From Nemertoderma westbladi (Eukaryota > Animalia > Xenacoelomorpha): a stretch of 40,779 bases of DNA. The DNA lies in NCBI GenBank assembly GCA_032718475.1, contig JAUCBJ010004637.1, positions 1-40,779 on the forward strand. Direction: 5' to 3'. The first letter of the stretch is position 1, and the number at the start of each line of letters is the position of its first letter. Position numbers and translations under genes: made by a program. Under the pieces are notes generated by a model. It ran no database searches and had not been told where the DNA came from. It saw only the letters and a program-made list of their open reading frames with translations. Below, in pieces: positions 27,425 through 37,635 of this stretch.

Positions 27425-27641
27425 GGTTTAAGGGGAATACCGGGGAAACTTCACATGTTGACATAGGCATAAAGTCCAGTACTCATTTAGCTATCATTTA
27501 AGGATGCAAGGCAGAGATGCCTCGTTAAACCCTTCAAAACATTCGTGCCGAAACGAAAACTACCTTGGCCCCCATGCCGGGATTGAACCCACAACCTCCG
27601 CGAGATGTGAATTCAATATAACCACTACACCAAGGTGGGCT
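27425..27641 (-). mobile_element. tRNA-derived SINE
   Basis: Pol III A box TGGTGTAGTGG and B box GGTTCAATCC, followed by the shared central motif CCTTGCATCC...GCTAAATGAGTACTGG. The 3' limit is approximate. Confidence 0.75.
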
Positions 27642-28984
27642 CTGAACCAAGGTGGAACAAGTGTCAGATACCGTCAGATCAGATCAGATCAGATAAGGAC
27701 AGACGTTTTAGCCATCGTACAAGTTTTCTTGATCAATGACCTATAATACCTGACCTGACCTCTACTCTCCTACAGCAGTATAGGTAATGTAAATAGTTTC
27801 TCCTTTACACATTACTGAAAAGGAGAAGCAACAATTAATAATAAACTTTTTGATTTTAATATTTTCGGAAGAATGGAACGCAAACACTCAATGAACCTCT
27901 CTAAAAAGAACGAAGTATATCAAACCGGTAGCGGTAATATGAAGTACCGGTAACACTGTAGGGCTGTTTAAATAGTTTCAGTTTACAGATATCTGATAGT
28001 CTGCTTACAAGCAAACAGTAAACGCCAAAATTTTAAATTATGCCTTCGGATTAGGTAACAGTACCGTTAGACATTGTACTTAGTTAGGCCTAGACTTAGT
28101 TAGTACCGTATCTGCAGTACGTCTAGAATTTAGTTATTTAGTATTTAGCTAGACTACTCGTACTGGCAGACATGAAATGTAGGTAGGCATATCTTTGAGG
28201 CCTAAGGTCAGTCAGTACAGTACAGTACAGCACAGGCACTGCAGTAGGCAGTACCGGTACCCAGTACCATTGCAGGGCCTTAAATAGTTTCAGTTTCCAG
28301 CTATCTGATAATCTGAGTGACATTCACACCTTAGATAGGTAGGTACCACTGTAAGTAGCATTACCTTATTACAACAACAGAACTTGTACCAACGGTAGGG
28401 ATTGTCGATTACGGTCGCGCAAAAAATTTGCCTTGCATTGCTACAATTTATTTTAATCGCTTAGTGTTGCATTACTTTTACTTTAGGCATAGGCTACTTA
28501 CTCATTAGTCAGTTAGTGTAGACTACGGACTACGGTAACGGTACCGGTAATCTTTCTGGCAGGCTGAGACTACTGGTAGAGTGACTGACAGACAGAAGGT
28601 CGGAAAACATGCTATGTGTGTATGTAGGCCTCCGTCTATGTAGTGGTACTGTATTGTAGCTGACATATAGGAGGCGATATAATAATAGCGTGAAATACAA
28701 ACAGATACCGGTAAGACTACATCAATACATATACATACATATAGCATACGTAGGCTAACCAAAGCATCTTATCAAGTATGCAGATTAGAGGCCTATCGGT
28801 AGCTGCCTGCCTAGCCGTTACTCTAGTCTAATAAACCGTTCTGTCTGAGAGTAGGTCACCAGCTTCATTGCACCCCCCCCCCCCAACCTTTCTACAAATC
28901 AAGAATAAGTAGGCCTACCTTGGTGATTATAATTTTAATAACGCCTTTAAGTAAGCCTTCCTGTATTCTGTAATGTTAGTATTT

Positions 28985-29497
28985 GGTATCCTCTGCAGTT
29001 AGAGCCCAGCAATGCCAGTATGGACTTCCATATAAGAGTACTGGCTACTAATCCTGCCATATAAATAATCGAACGTTGAGGTTCCGTTTTATTCTATGGG
29101 ACTTCCAAATCCTGGACAGACTGTTTAATGCTGCCCATGCCTTCCCCTTACGTATCCGTATCCGAACAATAAATGTTACTATATCGTATTACGTACTTTC
29201 GGAACCATGATCCCAAGTAGCAGAAGTCATCCACATACTCAAGCAAGCCATCCCTGGAGCGATCAGCAAGCCCTTGCTATCAGACATTTCTTGAGGGCTG
29301 TCATGGTTCACTGTCATAGTTTTGGTTTTCTTGGAGTTTACAAAAAGACCAACACTAGAAGCAACATGCTCTAATGAGCAAGGGGTCCTTTTTGGCTCCC
29401 TCTAGTGATTCTGAGTTCTGACAGTACCCTTAAGCCATCAGCAATGTCTTGATCAGTAAGGTACTTTGCTGGATTTCCTCTACTTCTTGTGCCAGTG
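28985..29497 (-). mobile_element. Older, diverged RTE LINE fragment (RT 3' part)
   Basis: Collinear with 22950-23390 (e.g. GCTGCCCATGCCTT.CCCTTACGTAT, AAAAGACCAACACTAGAAGCA, GGCTCCCTCTAGTGATTCTGAG), with many substitutions and no ORF. Confidence 0.85.
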
Positions 29498-30588
29498 TAG
29501 TGTTGAGAACTGTAACTGTAATTATACTGTAACTGCAACTGTAACTGAATGGTTTTGATGATTTTTTTGATACTGTAACTATAACTGTAACTGTAATTGC
29601 GAATTTTGAATACTGTAACTGTAACTGAAACTGTAATTACGAATTTTGAATACTGTAACTGAAACTGAAATTAACAAAATCCGATTCAGTTCTCAATCAC
29701 ACAATTAACATGAATGAGCATTTAAAACAGTATTGTAATAAAGTGTAGAGTATAGTTTAATAAATGAATAACAGTGGTTACCATATATGGTTACCATATA
29801 TAATAGGTATCATTTTTAAAACATTGTTATAAAAAAACAATCTCATTTTTCCACTTCTGAACAAAACCATAATATTACACAATATAAAATCAAAGACCCA
29901 TTCAGCCATTGCCCACTTAGCTCAAATGTGATTTATTTGGCGAGTCAAGTAGTGAACGAAGATCTACAGTAGCATAGTCTATGTTTATCTGTCTCAACTA
30001 TTAGACTATTATCAGCCTTATCACCACTTTTGCTTCATATTAAATGTAAATGTTTTAGATCAACAAAGAAAAGTTAGGCCTAATGGTAGAGGGATATTAA
30101 CGGATATATATTTTACATTATTAATTATTAATGTTTTTACCGGTACTATTAATATCACAATCACACTAGAGGCACACTGGAAATTAAATTTTGATCAAGT
30201 TTACCATTATAAATTACAAAATTAAACTTAAAAGTGAAAATAGCAGCTTATCGAGGTGGGTCTAACCAAAACAATAAATATATGATTACTAAAACAAATT
30301 ACGAATTAAGGAAAATGAGCAGGATTCAGAAGCATGGCTTTATAACCAAAACAATAAATGATAACAGTACTGTACAAGCACTGAAACAAGATGTACAGTA
30401 AACTGTGGGTGCCTTTAGTGTGATCTTGTGACGTGCCACTTTCATTACATACTATCAGTATATTAGTTACAAAATATTACCATAGCGTGGGTCCAACTTT
30501 CCTACCACAACTACCTATTAGCTCTAGAAAGAGGACGTTTCGTAATGAACATTAATATTAGCGTATATTACAGTAATATATTAAAGTG

Positions 30589-30827
30589 GAAGGCGGGGTA
30601 GCTCAGTTGGTTGAGCGCCGGGCCTGCAATCTAATGGTTGTAGGTTCAGCCCCGCCAGGGTCCACTCAGCCTTTCATCCACTGGGGTCGATAAACTGAGT
30701 ACCAGTTAAATAACTGGGAGCAAATCTTGGGATAGGAGTAGCGCCCACCCCTACCCTCGGGTAGCAGCTATCGAAAGAGGAGCCTTCGGGTCGCCTCCGG
30801 CTTCGGCCGACTGTTTGCTTTGCTTTG
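30589..30827 (+). mobile_element. Complete tRNA-derived SINE with 11-bp TSD
   Basis: TSD ATATTAAAGTG at 30578-88 and 30828-38. tRNA-like head at 30592-30656 (GGCGGGG/CCCCGCC stem, GCTC/GAGC D-arm). Central ACTCAGCCTTTCATCC...GGTCGATAAACTGAGTACCAG resembles the Meta-type SINE domain as recalled. (TTTGC)n tail. Confidence 0.9.
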
Positions 30828-30892
30828 ATATTAAAGTGCCTCATTTTTAGTTTCAGATGACTGCTTACTACGTGAGATCATATATATTGAAT

Positions 30893-31118
30893 CTATAACT
30901 GAAACTGTAACTGAAATGCTCAATTTTGTAATACTGAAACTGTAACTGTAACTGAAATGTTACACTTTGTAATACTGAAACTGTAACTGTAACTGAAATG
31001 CAAAACTTTGAATACTGAAACTGTAACTGTAACTGAAATGCAAAACTTTGAATACTGAAACTGTAACTGTAACTGAAATGCAAAACTTTGAATACTGAAA
31101 CTGTAACTGTAACTGAAA
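30893..31118. repeat. 40-bp tandem repeat (~5.5 units) built from ACTGTA/ACTGAA
   Basis: Unit AATACTGAAACTGTAACTGTAACTGAAATGCAAAACTTTG. Related units occur in the same orientation at 29509-29670. Confidence 0.92.
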
Positions 31119-31149
31119 TTAGTCAAAATTGATTCAGTTCTCAACACTA

Positions 31150-31380
31150 GCCAGTAGGGGGTGTTACTATCACCCCATCTTTATTAAGATGGTCTAAGGA
31201 CATGTGTAGAACATAATCAATCACAATTACTAATAAGACTGGTGCAAGTGTGTCATTCTGAAGGACTCCACATAAAGACTTTGAATGAATCTGTGTCACC
31301 ATCAGCAATAGACACAAATGTGGTGGAACCATCGTACAGTGATCTGATAGCTGCAATACTGTTGTATAGCTTTGCAGTAG
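31150..31380 (-). mobile_element. Continuation of the old RTE fragment
   Basis: ORF 31147-31356 reads GVLQNDTLAPVLLVIVIDYVLHMSLDHLNKDGVIVTPPTG, matching the RT of the other two copies. Confidence 0.88.
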
Positions 31381-31574
31381 GCCTAATCAAGTCGGTTCTG
31401 TATATATTTCTGTATTTTGATTAGTTAAAATTAAATCTAAATTTGAGTTACGTTGAGTTGAGCCTGATCTGCATGATATTTCATAATCATAATCTTAATC
31501 AAATCTAAATTATTAGACGAAGGTTTGCATAATATAGGGAAGTCACTGTAATTTATAGTTGTAGTTAATGTACT

Positions 31575-32180
31575 AGGGGAATTTGGGGCGAGCCACGAAG
31601 TGAGCGAAGCCTTAGCATATGAGTACCATTAACGAGTTGTCTGTCATCGTCGTCTGTCGTAATTTTTTGATCGCTAATAAATCGGTTATTCCTTGATGAA
31701 ATTAAACGAAACTTGGTATGTATGTAGTCCGGCTAAAGTTTAGAAAGAATCTTAAGTTTGGTCAAAAACGAACGAACGCAACGAGTTTACAGTGGATACG
31801 AGTATCCATCTGCCATAAATCAGATGACTTTGCACAGTTATAAAGGCCGTTAGTCTCCGTTTAGGGAAATTATTTTTAAGACAAAACAGGACGAGCGCAA
31901 CGAGGCTAATGAAGGAGAAGAGTATTGTAAAACTAAAAATGTCATACTTAACTTAAATAGCCCTAGTTAGAAGGTTTACAAATGACAGTTAAAGTGTGTA
32001 AGGGCAAACTGAAATGTATCTCTATTTTTACAACTAGTTTATCACAAACTGATAGCATTGCCTTCACTCATATATATTTTAGGAAAGACAGTTTTCGTAT
32101 ATCTAATAGAGATTGGTATAATGTACTTTCTAATTTAGGCTCTCGTGCTGCGCGAAGGCCCCACGAACGTGTACTTATAT
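31575..32180 (+). mobile_element. Possible HINE/DINE-1-like (Helentron-associated) non-autonomous element
   Basis: GC-rich 5' hairpin-like GCGAGCCACGAAGTGAGCG, a short GTCTGTC/GTCGTC tract, an ACGAAACTTGG motif and a GC-rich 3' stem-loop (TCGTG...CACGA). Based on layout only. Confidence 0.4.
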
Positions 32181-32344
32181 ACTACATATAAAATGTGCAT
32201 TTCATTTTAGATATATACTATGCTCGAAAGACATTATTAAAAATAGGCTATTAGATTTCATATTCAACATCAAATAAACTCTAACACTGTCCTAAGTATA
32301 CACTTTCACATATCATTCTATTTTGGCTCTCATTTGATATCTTC

Positions 32345-34138
32345 ATGATGTCGATAGCCCAAAGTGTGGCAGAGTCAGAAGGGGTCTGTGGAGGAACGTG
32401 GACTGACATGTTCCCCCCGAAGCAGAACACAAGAAATACATCGACAATGTTTGTCAAGCGGCTTCTTGCTGTTTCATTATCAAACGTTCTTTATCTTAGA
32501 GGGGCCTTTCCCGAGAATGCATTTGGATCTCGCAGTTTGGATCGCCTTCAACTCAAAATAATCAAGACAGATGGAAAATACGAAGCAGCACGACGTGTAA
32601 TTAACTGGATGAAAGGTTGCTTTGATGCTATTGATAAGCAATACCTCCGGGAGGTTGTTCTTGGGATATTCCGTGACCGTAATAATTCCGATCGGCTTAT
32701 CGAGAGCTACATTTTCCGATTCAGCTATGAGGACGGAAAGACTTCCATTGGTCTATATAGTGATTCATCCAAGCTTGCCGAGGAGACTGTTACAGAGAAT
32801 ACAGTTAAAGCTACAAGCAAGATGATCAGGACCTTAATTCTGCTCACTCAGCATCTTGATCCTCTACCAGAAGGAATGTTCCTTACCATGAAGATTTTTT
32901 ATTACGATGACGTCACACCTGCTGATTACGAACCACCTGGTTTCAAGCCGGCTGTCACTGATTCCATCGATTACGAAGGTTCAGTGACTTCAGTGAAAGT
33001 TGGTGACGTCTCCACACCGTATCACACCATAAAAGTTAGAGCTAAGGCCGATTTTACTGCTGAGGATGATGGTGAAGAGGAGGTGGTAGCGCAAGAGGAT
33101 CATGGCAATACATTAGCCGCTGATGAATCTCAATTCCGGGCATCCCTGATGGGATCAGCTGCTGGTACAATGGATGGAAGCGCACACACAACACAAGTTG
33201 AGTACACGAATATTGATGGAATCGTTATGGAAGCCACCAATTCTGAGGTCATTGAAGATTCTACCACTACAAAATTTCGCTGTCCTTGTGGCTTCAATGA
33301 GGATGATGGGATAATGGTGATGTGTAATAACTGCTCTAGTTGGGGCCACGCTCATTGCTATAAGATTCTGCAGGAAGTTGAAGTTCCCAATGTGTTCGTT
33401 TGTTTCTATTGCTATGGTGGATCGCACTGCAGCAACTCGGCGGTCGACCCAACTCTCTACGGGTTGGAGAAAGAGGCGGCGCGCGAACTATGTTTGATGC
33501 GTCGACTTCTAGCCAAGGTGAGCGACCTCTCACTGCAACGTCTCAACTCGCCGACATTGGCTCGGTTGCTCGGTACCGATACCAACACGGCCAATATCAT
33601 TATCAACCGATTAGTCGACGAGGGATATCTTCAGCAGGGTAAGAAGGGTAAGCGAGTAGGTAAGCTCATCAATAGAGAGGTTATCGAAGGCAAAGGAATG
33701 ATTGAGTACTTCGGACTCAAGGACAACAAGGAGAATGTATGTGAGAATAAACGTGGGAATAAAGCGAAACCAATTCAAGGGCAAGCGGGAGAAAACAATG
33801 TCAACGAGCTTGCGAAAGTAGCTTCGCATATAACCTTAGACGAACAAGATAAAGCTAAGAAACATGGTGATGGTAGCGGAAAATATGACGCTGAAGATGG
33901 AAGAAGGATGGGTGGAGGTGGTGATGCTGTGGTAGGAAATTCTAGGAAACGTAGCCGAGGTACTGGTGGAAAGGAAGCAAAGTCTTACAGTGAGAAGGAA
34001 GTCGATGCTAAGGATGTTCAACAACATACGAGAATGTCGCAGGATTCATTGGATGAATTCACCCACAATAGAGTTGCAGCCATCAAACGACACAAAGCCT
34101 CGATCATCAGTCCTGCTTTTTGTCAGTTTATGGAATAA
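32345..34138 (+). CDS. HORMAD1: Meiotic HORMA-domain protein (HORMAD1/Hop1-like) with PHD finger and probable winged helix; single coding exon, 597 aa
   Basis: HORMA motifs FVKRLLAVSLSNVLYLRGAFPE, WMKGCFDAIDKQYLR and LTMKIFYYDDVTPADYEPPGFK. C4HC3 PHD at 33275-33412, helical wHTH-like segment ~33480-33720, C-terminal SQDS and KRHKAS. AATAAA overlaps the stop, with a second at ~34195. The symbol denotes family membership, not proven 1:1 orthology. Confidence 0.95.
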   Translation: MMSIAQSVAESEGVCGGTWTDMFPPKQNTRNTSTMFVKRLLAVSLSNVLYLRGAFPENAFGSRSLDRLQLKIIKTDGKYEAARRVINWMKGCFDAIDKQYLREVVLGIFRDRNNSDRLIESYIFRFSYEDGKTSIGLYSDSSKLAEETVTENTVKATSKMIRTLILLTQHLDPLPEGMFLTMKIFYYDDVTPADYEPPGFKPAVTDSIDYEGSVTSVKVGDVSTPYHTIKVRAKADFTAEDDGEEEVVAQEDHGNTLAADESQFRASLMGSAAGTMDGSAHTTQVEYTNIDGIVMEATNSEVIEDSTTTKFRCPCGFNEDDGIMVMCNNCSSWGHAHCYKILQEVEVPNVFVCFYCYGGSHCSNSAVDPTLYGLEKEAARELCLMRRLLAKVSDLSLQRLNSPTLARLLGTDTNTANIIINRLVDEGYLQQGKKGKRVGKLINREVIEGKGMIEYFGLKDNKENVCENKRGNKAKPIQGQAGENNVNELAKVASHITLDEQDKAKKHGDGSGKYDAEDGRRMGGGGDAVVGNSRKRSRGTGGKEAKSYSEKEVDAKDVQQHTRMSQDSLDEFTHNRVAAIKRHKASIISPAFCQFME

Positions 34139-37100
34139 AACTGATTTCTCATTCTCATCTGTGAACATTAGAGAAGTACAGCAGTATATCATAAAATAAA
34201 TACTCTTTCAGACTTTAACTACTTTCTTTTAGGATTGAGAATAATTAATAACTCGTCAATGAATTACTTTTTTTTTAAATAACAACGGTATTTATAATTA
34301 ATTTATCTGATTTATTATATTGGTTGAATCAAATTCAATTAAGTTTTGTTGTTAATTTGATTTAAATTTAGGCCTAATGTACCGTATGCGATATTCGCAC
34401 TGTAGTTAGAACATTAAAAGAGAGATGCAGATAGTTTGTTTCTACGATTATAATTATTCCATGTAAAATTTACGCACCTTCAACACTATATATGATATAG
34501 TTGATAGTTTGGTTATTGTATATTGCTTCGGAACTTATATTATTATCTCATTTAATTATATCTAATTATATCGTATTGATGTACGTCGTACGTACGTCGT
34601 ACGTCGTACGTACGTAAATACGGTATCTGTCAATTGAACTGACATACCTGTTAATTTAATATTATTTTTAATAAATGGCGCAGGTGTCTATTTTTTTTAC
34701 ATTTAATGTCGTACCGTTTCTTTACTGAATAATCTAAGCAAGTACATTTAAGTAACAAGGTACTGTAAATCAATTTGTTTAAATTTATAACAATAAATGT
34801 TTTGCGTTATTTAGAATGTTGGAAATCGATTAGTTCATTTTCGTTTTCACTCTTTAGCAGTCTGACATCCATCACCTTTGGGACATTTACCGCCACCAGA
34901 GACCTATTGAACACATAACTATTAAGGTATGATATCGTTTTAAGTGGTTGGCCACGTACGCCTTACATGCCGAAATGTTAGTTCTAGTTGGTGAATCGCA
35001 AATGAATAGCGAATAACAATGAGTTGAAATTTAAGTTAACATCCCCTAACTAATGTAGGCCTTGAACACAATTATCATTCCTAAAGATTGTCCTTTTAAC
35101 CCAATTATAACCGCCAGGAATAAAGGTTGCACATTTTTCTAAAAATATGTACATGGATACAAGTGAAACAAAGGTAACTTTTATTCCTAAAAATGGCAGA
35201 TTTTTACCTTTAAATACATTGGCTTTATTCCTAAAAATGGCGGACGTTATTTGCATTCTGTGCCGTGTGCTAGTAGTGATGTGCGAGTGCACCTGCTATC
35301 CGTATCTGTAACTGTAAGCAATCGTAATTCGATACATTGCAAAGTGAGCATGAATTCATGGCAGTGGCGGAATGCTCTACAAGGTGATGCTGTAACTGTT
35401 CTGTATGGTTTACTTTGCAGAGAGCAAAGGCGGTTAAAGGCAATAGAAGGGAAGGTGAAAAGTAAGCGTAACATTCAAACTTAGTTCAACCCCACAAAAA
35501 ACGGTTCGATCCCTTAAATCATTATGCAATCATAACCAACCACAAAGCATATGAAATCAAATAGGCCCGGGTCACACATGAGGTTTTTTCAACTTTACCC
35601 TATGGATATGTTCGTCGTTCACACAACACCCCAAAACAGTCAACCTTCAACATGAAAACATGAAATTCAGTAGTTGAACTCAAAAAGTACAGTAATCTGT
35701 TTTATCTTACTTGAAAGTTGGCATCTCTAGCATTGACAACCAATCAAAAGTATCGACTATTTACCTACTTTAAATGGCGCAACCAGATTATAGCTGGTCT
35801 ATAATAATCTATAATAATTATTATAAGATAAGATATAAGATGTAGATATACATTTTATAATTAATTAATTATTTTAGCTATTTTATAAATTATTAAATCC
35901 ATATGTTGGATTAAAGAATATAATTATTATTATAATAATTATTTATGAGCTGAAAAAGACTCTACCACCAATTTTAGAGAGATGGGTTTCAGAGCATTTG
36001 TTTGTAAACTACAACATTAACAATATTAATTATTATGGTAATATATTATTCACCAGGAAATACTTTACAAATGGGTACATCTGTCTGATTGCATAGTTGG
36101 TACTGTCGACATCTGGTGTTATCTTATGATAGCTGTAGTGTAAGAGCGGCGTGACTTTTGCTGCGGCGCCTTTGTTTTGTTAATAAGTAGCCAACCAGTG
36201 TATAAATCTACTACCATTATTTCTGCATTGAGTATCTAGCCAGCGAGCCATATTGTAGAAAGCATTGCAGAAAGAATGATAAGAGAGTTATACAGTTTGT
36301 TCTGAGTTCAACTACTTAGAGGAGGGAGGGGGGTGGGGTGGGGTGGGGATTGACGCAAGTCCATTCTCGGTGAATTAATTTATCGCACCCAATGTTCTAT
36401 TATCAATTGAGGGAAAAGCAGCGTTACAGTGGCACGCTATTCTAACCAAAACAATAAACTAAAACCAATAAGCCCCCCACCCCACAGTGGAAAGATATTC
36501 TAACCAAAACATTAAACCAGAGTCATGATGATATGTTATTCTTAAAGTCGCTGCAGTTGGGCTCCACTAGCTTTGTTATTTGCTCAACTGCAGCGGCGTA
36601 CCTAAAATATTTAATATACTTATGTGCAATTTGTTATGAAGTATCGGAAGAAAGAAATAAATATATGTTAAATGTTAAATATGTTAAATATATATGTAAA
36701 ATGATGACAGGTTTCAGTTTCATATTTGTCGTTGTCGGCAGTCGGTTGTCGTCGTAGTGTTTACCCACGCACGCGGTACTTTGGTTCCCTCGCTTAACTT
36801 ATTATTTTTTTTTTTTTAACTTTTTTCTTATTTTGTAGATGTCTCCAATGTGGTTGAAAAATGCATAGAAAAAAAACATTATTAAATTAACAAAATTGCT
36901 TGAAATTTATTGAAGCTTACCTTTCACATAAAGCCAAAATTGCAAAAAAAAAAAACGGTTAAGAAATGGCGGACTAGTAGTATCTTTCGTGCGAAAAAAT
37001 GTCATTCTGAGAAAATAGCCTACAAAGTTCAAATCTTCCCGCGCAAACTACCTCTGGTGTCTGGTTTGTTAATAGTGCCATGACATGAAGGAAGTACACC

Positions 37101-37498
37101 ACCAAGATAAAAATATATTTACGGGGGTTTTCGGGGTCGCTGATTTCATTTCCGATGTCAGTTTTAATTTTTGGTGGAATGTAGTCTGTCCGTCTAACGG
37201 TTGTCTGTCTGTTTGTTTTACATTTTGATAGATAGATTGGCAGACAGATATTCCACGATAACTCGAGAATTACAATAAATTTCTCTAAGCCGTTTTCAGA
37301 TTTGAAATCCCCATTAAATTCTGCTATAGATGCAATAATAAACAAATAGAAATTTGTTCCCCCCCCCCCCCCCCCCCCCCATCCCTTAAGAACAATATAT
37401 GCCACTTCAAGCTATTATGGTTTTTCTCAATGTTTTTTTTCAATGATTTTTTCTAGATTTTTTTCTTAATGTTTTTTTTCTCACTGTTTTTTTTCTGT

Positions 37499-37635
37499 AT
37501 ATTTGATTGGCCAAACCGTGTATTTTTTTTCTCAATATCTGATTGGATGAGACTTGCTTGCCATTTTCTGAATGGCTGTCAGATGAAGGTGCGACCAATC
37601 AGATATTGAAATAGACGGTTTGGCCAATCAAATAT
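37499..37635. repeat. Nested palindrome (MITE-like core) containing four CCAAT boxes
   Basis: 21-bp perfect IR ATATTTGATTGGCCAAACCGT / ACGGTTTGGCCAATCAAATAT, plus an inner 15-bp IR TCAATATCTGATTGG / CCAATCAGATATTGA. T-rich and A-rich flanks extend the symmetry. Confidence 0.8.

Larger units (their letters stand above)
26257..27710. mobile_element. Probable non-autonomous DNA transposon bounded by inverted repeats
   Basis: TAAAACGTCTGTCCTTATCTGATCTGA (26257-26283) is a perfect inverted match to 27684-27710, with further partial similarity inward. The terminal TA may be the TSD. Confidence 0.55.
29498..31149. mobile_element. hAT-like non-autonomous element inserted in the old RTE
   Basis: Perfect 15-bp TIRs TAGTGTTGAGAACTG / CAGTTCTCAACACTA. 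Flanks are GCCAGTG (left) and GCCAGTAG (right), i.e. an ~8-bp TSD with one indel. RTE homology resumes immediately after. Confidence 0.85.

Noticed and set aside
30592-30657. tRNA gene
   Set aside because: The anticodon stem does not pair and the T-arm is half deleted. It is the head of a TSD-flanked SINE.
32345-34138. Bacterial CBASS-type HORMA system
   Set aside because: The sequence is clearly of the meiotic HORMAD1/Hop1 type, with no CD-NTase or TRIP13 neighbours, in intron-containing eukaryotic DNA.
35234-35260. YY1-like AAAATGGCGG next to an octamer ATTTGCAT
   Set aside because: Short motifs with no associated gene start, and part of a local direct repeat.
36974-37405. 143-aa ORF on the - strand
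   Set aside because: It runs through a poly-C tract and repeat-like sequence, has a non-ATG start and shows no domain.
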